This document shows, piece by piece, positions 1 to 8,755 of a stretch of DNA of 61,249 nucleotides. Origin of the DNA: an uncultured Pirellulales bacterium. GTDB taxonomy: Bacteria; Planctomycetota; Phycisphaerae; Sedimentisphaerales; Anaerobacaceae. The notes beneath the pieces were generated by a model. That model was not told the DNA's origin, searched no databases, and saw only the letters and a list, made by a program, of their open reading frames with translations. Where the stretch lies: assembly GCA_964530105.1 (NCBI GenBank), contig CAZHBL010000001.1, positions 1 through 61,249 of the forward strand. The letters are read 5' to 3'. Made by a program: the position numbers and the translations under genes. How positions within the stretch are numbered: the first letter of the stretch is position 1; each line of letters begins with the position of its first letter.

Positions 1-1
1 A

Positions 2-178
2 GCAGAGCCACCGTCAATACAAGCGTTTGAAGGCCGCCGTCTCAAACTCGGTGACACTCACCCACACACATTAGAGTCTCTGCAGAGCCTGATCGAACTC
101 TACGAAGCCTGGAACAAGCCGGAAAAAGCCAAAGAGTGGCGAGTAAAACTGCCGCTAACTGAAGCTGTGAATGAGTGA
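2..178 (+). CDS. 3' end (partial, runs off the window) of a TPR-repeat protein; its tail is paralogous to the Ser/Thr-kinase-TPR protein at 57110..59527
   Basis: Frame 2 reads ...AFEGRRLKLGDTHPHTLESLQSLIELYEAWNKPEKAKEWRVKLPLTEAVNE* (stop 176-178). This is close to the C-terminus ...AVEGRRLKLGDTHPHTLESWHTLIELYESWNKPEKAKEWRAKLPQPEALKE* of ORF 57110..59527. Confidence 0.6.
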   Translation, partial: AEPPSIQAFEGRRLKLGDTHPHTLESLQSLIELYEAWNKPEKAKEWRVKLPLTEAVNE

Positions 179-395
179 CATTTCACCCCTAAAACAGCCC
201 CATTTTCACTCGCAAAACTCCTACAACTCAGCAACAACCCGAAAGCCCCTTATCTACCTATTTCCAGAAAACCCACAATCCAATAAACTCTTATCCATAA
301 ATGACTTAGGCAAGAGCCAAAAATTTGATATCGTTTCCAATGAACGGAGTCAAAAACAAAGAGCTGACAATTCTTTCATGCTGCCAGCCCTTTGA
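2..395 (+). repeat. Copy A of the 'kinase-TPR tail + 3' flank' repeat family (the most diverged copy)
   Basis: The coding tail is roughly 85% identical by eye to the reverse complement of 57110..57262. The flank shares blocks (ctcctacaact, ccttatct, atcgttt(c/t)caatgaacg, agagctgacaat..ctgcc.gccc) with 33454..33850. Confidence 0.55.
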
Positions 396-461
396 ATTTC
401 CCAGGCGTATTGTCTCTTTCTGAGTTAACTTACTGTGCCAACTCCACGATTTGTTCTGCGG

Positions 462-2192
462 TCAGGGCTCGGATACACTTATCACTTTGCTCTCCATCAC
501 AATGTCATGTATTTCCCAATCCTTCTGAGAGGCCAAGTCAATGAAAGCGCGGCGAAAAAGCAATACCACATCTACAGTGGTCGTATCATCCGTACCTGTG
601 ACGAAAGTATAAGTGGAACTGTCGGCTGCAAACGCGGCAATACGATTGTCGCTCAACAGACGTGTAGGATTCCAATACGCCCCAGTGGGTGAAACCTCGG
701 TCCAGAACTCTTCCAGCACCTTGGCGAATGCCTTGCCGGGCAGACCGCTGTAATAACCTTCGTTCGGATCTCCTACTCCACACCATTGAGGGACGACAGG
801 GCCGTCCGAGAAGTCGAGCAGATGACCATGTGAGTCGGTGGCTCTTACTACAAGAATGAGATGGCGGAGGGGAGAATCTGTCGGAACATGGTGGCCGGTT
901 CGGTCATTGGTAATCGTAACAGTGACAATAAGCAGTTCGCCATGACGATCGGCCTTCACATCCATATCGACGGCGTTACTCAGCAATTTCTCATTCGCCG
1001 CACCCGGCATGAAATGACTGAAAATCGTTTGCGGATCGCGAATGACTCCACCCTTGTCCAACCGGGCGAAGTGATTATTCTGCCCCGGCGGCATATGGCA
1101 ATCTTGGCAGGTCTTGCCGGTCTCAGGATTACTGTAGGGACTGTCCAGCCACTCACCGAACGAGTTGTATACTACCGTATTCCAGAAGATACCAAAGTGA
1201 CAAGCTGCACAGTATTGACTTTGCTTTTGTAAAAGGCTGTATGTATCTTCACCCGGGGCGACATCGTCGAACGGGCCGGCAAAGAGCTGATGACCTTCGG
1301 CCGGGCGACAGAATTCAAAAGACAACACACCGGGCATGTTCGGATAAGGCAGGCCGGAGATCGAATCAACACTAACATCCCGGATCTTATGGCAGAAATC
1401 GCAGGCGACACCTTCGGAGCCAACGCCGGAAACGGCCGTCGGGTCTGTGTTGTAGGCGGCATTAACAGCGGCAGCCGGAGTGTGGCAGGCCGCGCAGTTG
1501 CCTGCGGTACCGGGAAAGTCGAGTTTGTAACCCGGGCCAAAATATGGCTCGTTCGGATCTGGACGCAAGGGGATACGGCCGTAATCGCGTGTTTGGAAAA
1601 ATTGCGTTGCAGGGCTCTGGTTGCCGGCCATGTCCGTCCCGTTATACATTGTCAGAAAGCGGGAATTCTTAGCTGAGAGTGCATGAGCATCTTTGAGCCA
1701 TTCGCTGAACGGCAAAGCTGCCTGTGGATTATTGGGCTCGGCATGACAATTCTCGCAGCACGTATTCTCACCGGACCCCTCGTAACCGGCGCCGGTAAAA
1801 GCGCTCAACCATGCATAATCCGGATTGTCTATGTCACTGTGTGCGGTCAAAACAATTTCAATGTCCGAGTCGCCGGGAAGATACCTGGCCTGACCGCCAC
1901 CGATGTAGTAGCCTTCCGCCCAGGCAGTCAGGACGACAGGTTCGTTGGGAGACAGGCCGGATAGAACAAAGTTTCCTTCTATATCAGTAATAACCTTGTT
2001 CTCTGTAGCCTTCACCCGCACTGTCGCTCCGGCAACCGGACCATTGGCATCGCGAACAAGACCTGATACGGCGGTCAATGGCGTTTGTGAAGCAAATCCT
2101 AAGGTAGTTATTAAGAAAGCAAGAGCCAAACACATGACTACCCGAGTGACTCGATCGCCCGGAAGGGAATGTATACGTTTTTGATTCATCAT
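462..2192 (-). CDS. Secreted or membrane-anchored pentahaem c-type cytochrome with an N-terminal carboxypeptidase-regulatory-like beta-sandwich
   Basis: 576 aa. N-terminal hydrophobic segment VVMCLALAFLITTLGFA. CarboxypepD_reg-like GLVRDANGPVAGATVRVKA..DIEGNFVLSGL. Five CXXCH motifs (CENCH, CAACH, CDFCH, CAACH, CQDCH). Its start overlaps the stop of 2189..4915 by 4 nt. Confidence 0.8.
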   Translation of the reverse strand: MMNQKRIHSLPGDRVTRVVMCLALAFLITTLGFASQTPLTAVSGLVRDANGPVAGATVRVKATENKVITDIEGNFVLSGLSPNEPVVLTAWAEGYYIGGGQARYLPGDSDIEIVLTAHSDIDNPDYAWLSAFTGAGYEGSGENTCCENCHAEPNNPQAALPFSEWLKDAHALSAKNSRFLTMYNGTDMAGNQSPATQFFQTRDYGRIPLRPDPNEPYFGPGYKLDFPGTAGNCAACHTPAAAVNAAYNTDPTAVSGVGSEGVACDFCHKIRDVSVDSISGLPYPNMPGVLSFEFCRPAEGHQLFAGPFDDVAPGEDTYSLLQKQSQYCAACHFGIFWNTVVYNSFGEWLDSPYSNPETGKTCQDCHMPPGQNNHFARLDKGGVIRDPQTIFSHFMPGAANEKLLSNAVDMDVKADRHGELLIVTVTITNDRTGHHVPTDSPLRHLILVVRATDSHGHLLDFSDGPVVPQWCGVGDPNEGYYSGLPGKAFAKVLEEFWTEVSPTGAYWNPTRLLSDNRIAAFAADSSTYTFVTGTDDTTTVDVVLLFRRAFIDLASQKDWEIHDIVMESKVISVSEP

Positions 2193-4915
2193 TCACCTCC
2201 GACCATCGATTCCTGGGCCAGTGCCTGCTGTAGCGGCTCACTATTGAAATCCAAACGGTATACGCCGCCGCCTTCGGTCGCCGCATAGAGATGCAATCCG
2301 TTGGTCGAGATGGCCATACGGTTGACCGCCCGCATGCCCAGTGCAGTGTTGATCTGTCGCCAGACTCGACCGCCGTCTGTCGAACGATAGACACCGCTGA
2401 AAGAATCGGCGGCGTACAGCACCTGCGGATCCCTCGGATCGAATAAAATATCGGTAATATGGGACTCCGGGGGCATTCCATTCATTGATGGCTGCCAGGT
2501 TTTACCGCTATTGTCGCTGCGGTACAATCCACTATGCGCTAAACCCACAAAGATGATTTTAGAATCGCCCGAATGGACAACGACCGAAAGCGCTGCCGTC
2601 GCCGGAGTCGCCACATTCATCGCCGTCCAACTGCCGCCGGCGTCGATGGATTTGAGCAGTCCGTTTGTTCCTGTTGCGGCATAAACAACCTGTGGATCGG
2701 AAGGGTCGACACAAATGTCGATGATGTTTGCTTTCACAGAAAGCGTATCGTTGGCGGCGTTCCACGTTGCGCCGCTATCGCGCGAGACGTACACCCCGGC
2801 CGCCGGCAATAGGTCGTCGAACACACCGGCCGAGAAGAATGCAGAGGAGCCGGCGTATAAAGTCTTCGAGTCCGAAGGCGCAAAAGCAATCACTCTCCAT
2901 CCCATTCCTTCCGCAAGTCGGTCACCTGACCAATTCCACATTCTACCACCGTTATCACTGTGTAAAATGATAGGATCCCAGTTGTTAGAAGCCACCAAAT
3001 GCTGCGGATTCGACGGATCGACAGCAACTGCATTCCATTCGAGATGAAAGGCCGGCCGTGTGTTTCGGCCTATCCATGAATTGCCACCATCTGTGCTGGC
3101 GAAGAAACCACTCCGGGCCGCTGCATAGACTATTGCCGGATTTGTGGGGTCCACAACAATTGCACGCACTTGCGCACCTGTGTAGCCGTTGCTGGCGACC
3201 GTCCATGTTTGGCCGCCGTCGATGCTAAGGAAATTACCGCCGCCGTAGTTATTCGCAAAGACACGATTGGGATCGCGTGGATCGACCTGGAAATCGATGG
3301 GGAATCCGGCGCGGACGCCCGGCGATCCCCAGCCTTCTTCTCCGCTTGAGACCTTGCGCCAGGTCTGCCCACGATTGCTACTGCGATACACCGCTCCCGC
3401 ACTTCCGGCGTAGGCAACATTGGGATTCAATTGGGCAAACTCTACTGCATTGATGTTGTCATTGGGAACAACAGCCTGCCACGATGTACCGCCATTGATG
3501 GTCAGATACACACCCCCTCCATCAGGATAGGCATTGTTCCCGGTCCCTGCAAGAAGGATGTCAGGATTCGTTGGGTGCATGAATAATGTGCCAACGTAAA
3601 GATTCATCAGGCCATTATTTACCGGCTGCCATGTCTGGCCGCCGTTGGTCGACTTGAGGACACCTTCTCCGCCGGGCTTGTTAGCCGTATGATCGGAGTT
3701 GGCTGCCTCTCGATCAAAGATGCCGGTGGAGATGTAGAGCACGTCCGAGTCGCTGGGGTCGATCCAGATATAACGGGCCAGGTTGTTACCTCGCCAAACA
3801 GCGGTCCAATTCTCACCGCCGTCAATGGTTTTATAAATCACACCTTTGGTCTTATCGAACTCCCGGCCCTGTTGCGGCTGGCTGCTCCATGCGTAGCTGG
3901 AAATCTCGGCCGCGGCGTACACGATGTCGGAGGAGCGAGGATCAACGGTAAAGCCGCGAAAGGTGATACCTTCATACTCGATGATACCATTGTCCTTATC
4001 CACCCACGTCTGACCGGCATCTGTCGATTTGAAAATACCCCGAACATTCTGCGTCCCGATCCAAATAGTATCATAGTCATGTGGATCGATGGTCAGACTG
4101 AAGACCGGAACTGCGTCTCCCGACTCGCCCGTACGAGTATTTATACCCTGGTTGGAGGGATGCCACGTTTGTCCACCATCGGTGCTGATAAAGACTCCCG
4201 CCCAGGCATCCGTAACATACATTATATCGGGATTGTCGGGCCGCATCCGTACGTCATAGCCCAGACCGCCCAGCGGACCACCGGTGCGCACCCAGGTCAA
4301 AGATGTATTAGAAGCCTGACCGAACAGGCGGATGTCATCGATATATACGGCACTTTCCTCCAAAGTTTCGAAGGCGAAGGATCCCCCGCTCAGGGGATCG
4401 GGATCTGTGTACTCCCATTCGAGTTGGCCGTCAACTAAGAACCGCAGGTGCGGTCCGGAGCCGACGATTTCAATGTCATACCAATGATCGAAATCGCGAG
4501 TGACGCCCCCATGATTTAACAAATCGATGAAAGTATCAGGCCAGAACTGCTTATTCAAATAGGATCCATGCTCATGAAATCCGATAAAGTAACGTCCCTT
4601 GTCGTTTAGGCGACAGACCAGGTGTATACTTCCGTGTTGGAGATTCAGGCGGAACTGTAAGCGAAAGTCCTGCCAGGGGCCGACTAACGGCCTTGCCCAG
4701 GAGTGACCTACACCCCTGAGCATGCCTTCTGTTACAATCCATCCATCTTCCAACTCCCAATTCTGAACTTGCCCGTCATCAAAATTCTCTTCGAAAAGCA
4801 GTATTTCCTGTTCTTGAGCCCGGAGTTGATGATGCCCAACCATGATTGTCAGTATTATAACCGACAGCAGTAGTGTCTTGACTAAAGTATTGGCGCCTAT
4901 TGTGCTACTCTTCAT
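2189..4915 (-). CDS. Secreted BNR/Asp-box multi-propeller protein (sortilin / PSII-stability-factor-like) with an N-terminal DUF1080/LamG-like jelly-roll
   Basis: 908 aa with a signal peptide (LLLSVIILTIMVG..LRAQEQE). N-terminal FEENFDDGQVQNWELEDGWIV..GMLRG. At least 12 S-x-D-x-G-x-T-W Asp-boxes (STDGGQTW, STDAGQTW, TIDGGENW, STNGGQTW, SIDGGQTW, STDGGNSW, SRDSGATW, SDNSGKTW, STDGGRVW and others). Confidence 0.75.
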   Translation of the reverse strand: MKSSTIGANTLVKTLLLSVIILTIMVGHHQLRAQEQEILLFEENFDDGQVQNWELEDGWIVTEGMLRGVGHSWARPLVGPWQDFRLQFRLNLQHGSIHLVCRLNDKGRYFIGFHEHGSYLNKQFWPDTFIDLLNHGGVTRDFDHWYDIEIVGSGPHLRFLVDGQLEWEYTDPDPLSGGSFAFETLEESAVYIDDIRLFGQASNTSLTWVRTGGPLGGLGYDVRMRPDNPDIMYVTDAWAGVFISTDGGQTWHPSNQGINTRTGESGDAVPVFSLTIDPHDYDTIWIGTQNVRGIFKSTDAGQTWVDKDNGIIEYEGITFRGFTVDPRSSDIVYAAAEISSYAWSSQPQQGREFDKTKGVIYKTIDGGENWTAVWRGNNLARYIWIDPSDSDVLYISTGIFDREAANSDHTANKPGGEGVLKSTNGGQTWQPVNNGLMNLYVGTLFMHPTNPDILLAGTGNNAYPDGGGVYLTINGGTSWQAVVPNDNINAVEFAQLNPNVAYAGSAGAVYRSSNRGQTWRKVSSGEEGWGSPGVRAGFPIDFQVDPRDPNRVFANNYGGGNFLSIDGGQTWTVASNGYTGAQVRAIVVDPTNPAIVYAAARSGFFASTDGGNSWIGRNTRPAFHLEWNAVAVDPSNPQHLVASNNWDPIILHSDNGGRMWNWSGDRLAEGMGWRVIAFAPSDSKTLYAGSSAFFSAGVFDDLLPAAGVYVSRDSGATWNAANDTLSVKANIIDICVDPSDPQVVYAATGTNGLLKSIDAGGSWTAMNVATPATAALSVVVHSGDSKIIFVGLAHSGLYRSDNSGKTWQPSMNGMPPESHITDILFDPRDPQVLYAADSFSGVYRSTDGGRVWRQINTALGMRAVNRMAISTNGLHLYAATEGGGVYRLDFNSEPLQQALAQESMVGGE

Positions 4916-5257
4916 CCGATTACCCTCTTTTCAGTTTTGAATTATGATCTTTTATTTGTTCGTGTTACAGCCGTGACCTCGCAGACAAGAAACAGATTAA
5001 ACAAACATTTCAATCGTAGAAAACTATAATGATAAATTGAACTGAAAGCACCTCTGGTTGACGAGCTTTTTGTACGCATGGGCCATCCGACTATTCTAAT
5101 TGCGATGTCCAATTCCAAAGACATAACGAGTATAACAATTAGTACCTAAGAGTACAATACAAATTTATTATTCTAAAGAGAAGCTCTTTGAAGGAAAATA
5201 CAGTTGCATGTAGGTTTTTTATGAACTCAGAAATGCCACTGAGCTTAGACAAGTAGA

Positions 5258-5470
5258 ATGTTTCTAATGTTCCAATATTCACCTGAGTTGAATCCTGTTG
5301 AATTGATATGGCGTCAATTGAGACAGAGGAAACTGAGCAATCGGCTATACCCGACAATTGATCACCTGGAAGCCGCTGTAAGTGAGGCTTGGATGTGGAT
5401 ATCAAATCAGCAAGAGGAACTCTCAGATTTATGCTTATTCCCATGGATAAAAAAGGCTCTAATTAACTGA
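5258..5470 (+). mobile_element. IS630-family (DDE_3) transposase, C-terminal remnant only
   Basis: The 70-aa ORF contains the hallmark ...F(Q)YSPELNPVELIWRQLRQRKLSNRLY... The upstream frame is closed by stops (..V G F L * T Q K C H * A *), so the catalytic N-terminal two-thirds is missing. Confidence 0.7.
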
Positions 5471-5530
5471 ATTTGATATGAGATGTTCCTTTTCCTGATT
5501 TAAGTTTTCCAGAGACGGCCTTCGACGTAT

Positions 5531-5569
5531 GGAAAAGGCCGACAACCCTCCTTTAAGAGCTGTCGGCCC
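5531..5569 (-). terminator. Intrinsic terminator downstream of the decahaem cytochrome gene
   Basis: In minus sense: GGCCGACA-gctcttaaaggagggt-TGTCGGCC followed by TTTTCC. Perfect 8-bp GC-rich stem (5537-5544 / 5561-5568), about 75 nt after the stop at 5644. Confidence 0.6.
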
Positions 5570-5643
5570 TTATTGAATGTCCATACAGAACCATTGTACG
5601 GCCGGTACTGCTGTAAACTAACGTACTTTCTGTTCCCGTCTAT

Positions 5644-7698
5644 TTATTCTTCTTCTTCCGGTTCCCTCTGATACGGAGGCTTATAGGGATCCGAGATGTT
5701 GTGCATTATATCAGGAGAAAAGTCTGCATGAGAACCATGGCACACTATGCACGTCTCCACCTCGTTACCACTATACGGGTCGTCCGGCATCATGAAAAAC
5801 GTCATTAATTGACCGTGGTATATTGCTTCATCGCTGTCATGGCACGCAAGACACGCCAAGCGGGACGGCTCTTGTTTCCACATAGGATTATCAGCATGGC
5901 ACTTGGTGCAGTTCCTTATATCCTGCGGGAAGATGATTGAGCTGAAGTGTTCTGCATCTTCTTCGCCGTGAATTTCTTCGGGCTTGTCGAGATAATGACC
6001 ACGATGGACGCCGTGAATCCTCCGGGCTAAAGGAGCTGCGCCGAATCCCCAGTTCGAATCGTCCCACCCCGTCTTTCCTGCCAACTGGTTCTGATAATCA
6101 TGGCAGTTCTTGCAGACATCGGGATTGAAGGGGTATGAGCCGTGCATTTTGGTATCGCCGTGGCAATCGGTGCAGTTCGTGCAAATCTTCTGCTCCTCGG
6201 TCTCTGTGCCCACCTGGAAGTTAAGGACCGCCACGATGGCCGGATTATCGACATACCTTAGCTGGACGAAAACGGTGTACGTACCCGCCTCAAGGCCGGC
6301 AACATCTGCAAGCTGATAAGTGATGTCCTTAGCTGAACGCGAAACACCTGGATTTTCATCTGCCGGATCAGTACGAACCCGCAAGTCGTTATAGATATAA
6401 GAAGTCGATCCTGAGAGTTCATGATCGGCAGCGGCTGCAGTCAACGCCGGTTCCGTGTGGTCACGCGGACCAGAAACCTGCAAGCGGAAGCGATTCCAGT
6501 CTGCCTCGGTTATGGTTGCAGGATCGACGGCGAGGCTGGTGGCTGCGTTTTTGACGGTTACGGTAATCTGCGGCTTTTCGCCATCCACGTAGTGGGTCCC
6601 GTTGGCCGGTAGAGTCATGCCGAGTTCTACAGTAAACTCCGTACTCAAATCAACCTTGTGAACCATGGCAATGGGTGCTGGGGCCGTGCCCTCTGTCCAG
6701 GAACCGTCTGGCGGATGACAAAAAGAGCAGTCGGAATCGTTAGTCTGTTGACCGCCCGGATGCGCCTCAGCGGTTTGAGGTATTTCGGCAGCACTTCCAA
6801 ACCAGATATTATCATGGCAGGTGCCACAGGCCAGGCGAGAAGGTTCGGTTTTCCAGCGGTCATCTACATGGCACTTTGTGCAGTTCCGGACATCCGCGGG
6901 AAATTCAACATCTATATAGTCGCTAAAAATACCGGTATTCGGATCGTTGTTACGTGGATTCTCTAAATTCGCTCCCATGTGAATACCATGGATCCGATGT
7001 ATAATGGGATCGGGAATACGCACATCCTGATCATCCGGATCACGATACGCCGCATATCCATCGTTGTTATGACAGCTCTTGCACGTTCTGACAGCCCACG
7101 AGTCAATTGACGGGGACCCAAAAGAACCTTCTGAATGAGGATCGACGTGATGAAAGTAATATTGTCCATTATCAGCACCCAAATGGCAGGCGCCACATTT
7201 TTCCCTCTCAACTATTTGTGTTTCAAAAATATCCGTCCCGATCTGGAAATCAAGCAGTGGAAACGACTGAATGGTCTCATCCTGCATAACCGCCCTAAGA
7301 CCGATTGTATACGTACCTGGTTCCTCGTCGGAGACCGCCTGTAGATTATAGGTCAGGATATTGGCGTTAATATCTACACTTAGATCTGTTATAAGATCAA
7401 TATAATGGTGAGGCCTCACAGAGCGGTCCGTAGATGCGTTTAGCAACTTAACTGCCGTTTTAGTTTGTGTTGTTTCCTGTGGGCCATATGCATATAAACT
7501 TAATTGAGAATAGTCCTCCAGGCTAAACTGGCCGGGTAAAGAAACGGTAACTATTGGACTCTCACCAACGACAAAGTAAGAACCATTTGCCGGCTCCGAA
7601 ATACTCAGTAATACTTCTTCCTCGGCTACCTGCCCAATCGATCCAACGGTAAATATCGCAACGACCGCCACAAAGGTTAATGCTGATAATCTTTTCAT
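5644..7698 (-). CDS. Secreted decahaem c-type cytochrome built as (beta-domain + pentahaem) x2, an MtrC/OmcA-like architecture
   Basis: 684 aa with a signal peptide. Ten CXXCH motifs (CGACH, CKSCH, CTKCH, CGTCH, CSFCH / CTDCH, CKNCH, CTKCH, CLACH, CIVCH). Internal duplication is visible: RNCTKCHVDDRWKTEPSRLACGTCHD vs RNCTKCHADNPMWKQEPSRLACLACHD, and EPGTYTIGLRAV..LLDFQIGT vs EAGTYTVFVQLRY..VLNFQVGT. Confidence 0.85.
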   Translation of the reverse strand: MKRLSALTFVAVVAIFTVGSIGQVAEEEVLLSISEPANGSYFVVGESPIVTVSLPGQFSLEDYSQLSLYAYGPQETTQTKTAVKLLNASTDRSVRPHHYIDLITDLSVDINANILTYNLQAVSDEEPGTYTIGLRAVMQDETIQSFPLLDFQIGTDIFETQIVEREKCGACHLGADNGQYYFHHVDPHSEGSFGSPSIDSWAVRTCKSCHNNDGYAAYRDPDDQDVRIPDPIIHRIHGIHMGANLENPRNNDPNTGIFSDYIDVEFPADVRNCTKCHVDDRWKTEPSRLACGTCHDNIWFGSAAEIPQTAEAHPGGQQTNDSDCSFCHPPDGSWTEGTAPAPIAMVHKVDLSTEFTVELGMTLPANGTHYVDGEKPQITVTVKNAATSLAVDPATITEADWNRFRLQVSGPRDHTEPALTAAAADHELSGSTSYIYNDLRVRTDPADENPGVSRSAKDITYQLADVAGLEAGTYTVFVQLRYVDNPAIVAVLNFQVGTETEEQKICTNCTDCHGDTKMHGSYPFNPDVCKNCHDYQNQLAGKTGWDDSNWGFGAAPLARRIHGVHRGHYLDKPEEIHGEEDAEHFSSIIFPQDIRNCTKCHADNPMWKQEPSRLACLACHDSDEAIYHGQLMTFFMMPDDPYSGNEVETCIVCHGSHADFSPDIMHNISDPYKPPYQREPEEEE

Positions 7699-8017
7699 CC
7701 TGTTCTCCTTTCATCATTTCTTAATATACGATGCAAAACTCTACACTGTCTAAATCAAAGCCCTGCTGCCATTGACACGAGCTTTGCACAATCATCTACA
7801 TTACTTAATAACCAAGTTTATCGGTTATCTTCTATTTGTATTTGTTTTGAAACTTAATCATAATATAAATGGCCACTCTATTAAATCGGGGAGTTGCTGA
7901 TTTTGCTGTAAGCCTAACCTTTACAACGTATGGGTTAATACCTTATAGCTCTGGTGAAAAAACGAAGACTTTTAAGAAAACTGCGCTTGAGTTTTATGCA
8001 AAATAAAAACTCAACGA

Positions 8018-8734
8018 TTATATTGTAGGGAACCAAGTTTTATCTTGCCTACTAACCCACTGAAAAGCGCATCGGAGCAGTTCAGAGCCACTGCTCAGGT
8101 TCAGTTTCTTTTTGATACGAGACCGATAAGTCTCGATGGTTTTTGCGCTCAGGCAAAGCTGTTCGGCAATCTGGCGAGTCCCCTTCCCTTGGCCAATTAG
8201 TCTGAACACCTCCAGTTCACGATCTGTTAAACGGTCTATCGGCGAAGTACCAGCATCAGACTCATCGTTACCGATCAGGCTATATAGTAATTTTTCTTTC
8301 ATCGCTTCATTTAGGTACAATCGACCCTCTAAAACTTTGCGAATTGCCGTAATGACATTCTTTGTGGCTTCCTTCTTCGTTATATAGCCTTTTGCTCCCG
8401 CTCTAATGGCACGTTGAGCATAAAGAGATTCCTCATGCATAGACAGGGCTAACATAGGCAAGTCTGGGAAGTGAGCCTTGATGTCTTTCATCAAATCCAA
8501 ACCGCTCACGTTTTCAAGAGAAATGTCAACCGTTACTACATCGGGTTTCAATTTTTTTATAGCTTTGATTGTCTGATGTATGTCTTTGGCCCAACCACAT
8601 ACTACAATATCTTCTTCCTTATTTATCAGATCAGTAAGCCCTTCTATTACAATGGGATGGTCATCGACAATCAGAACTTTTCTTCTATTCTTGTTGGCTA
8701 CGTTTTGTCGTACTGCACAAACCATAAGTTCCAC
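8018..8734 (-). CDS. Two-component response regulator, NarL/FixJ (LuxR-type HTH) family
   Basis: 238 aa. REC domain (KVLIVDDHPIVIEGL.., DVVTVDISL). C-terminal HTH LTDRELEVFRLIGQGKGTRQIAEQLCLSAKTIETYRSRIKKKL. Confidence 0.9.
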   Translation of the reverse strand: MELMVCAVRQNVANKNRRKVLIVDDHPIVIEGLTDLINKEEDIVVCGWAKDIHQTIKAIKKLKPDVVTVDISLENVSGLDLMKDIKAHFPDLPMLALSMHEESLYAQRAIRAGAKGYITKKEATKNVITAIRKVLEGRLYLNEAMKEKLLYSLIGNDESDAGTSPIDRLTDRELEVFRLIGQGKGTRQIAEQLCLSAKTIETYRSRIKKKLNLSSGSELLRCAFQWVSRQDKTWFPTI

Positions 8735-8755
8735 CTATCTTGTTATAAATACTCT

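Noticed and set aside
171-395. A 74-aa ORF immediately after the partial TPR gene, plus the small ORFs 33336..33557 (-) and 56855..57070 (+) inside the repeat copies.
   Set aside because: They lie in the repeated 3' flank. One frame is open over ~39 codons in both copies B and C (LKTIAF.D.FV.PF.RKVY.DG...LADK.LYSCRR.V*). However, copy B has an in-frame TGA four codons upstream and no ATG, copy A is disrupted, and the substitution pattern looks like neutral nucleotide drift. I treated it as non-coding repeat sequence.
3689-4438. Long antisense or alternative-frame ORFs inside confident genes. Examples: 3689..4438 (+, 249 aa), 40922..41770 (-, 282 aa), 54488..55066 (-, 192 aa), 38576..39130 (-, 184 aa), 30850..31380 (+, 176 aa), 18940..19467 and 19566..20012 (-).
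   Set aside because: All are fully embedded in ORFs with strong family signatures. Their translations are low-complexity (Arg/Ser/Pro/Gly-rich) with no recognisable motifs. This is typical of shadow ORFs in moderately GC-rich, repeat-encoding DNA.
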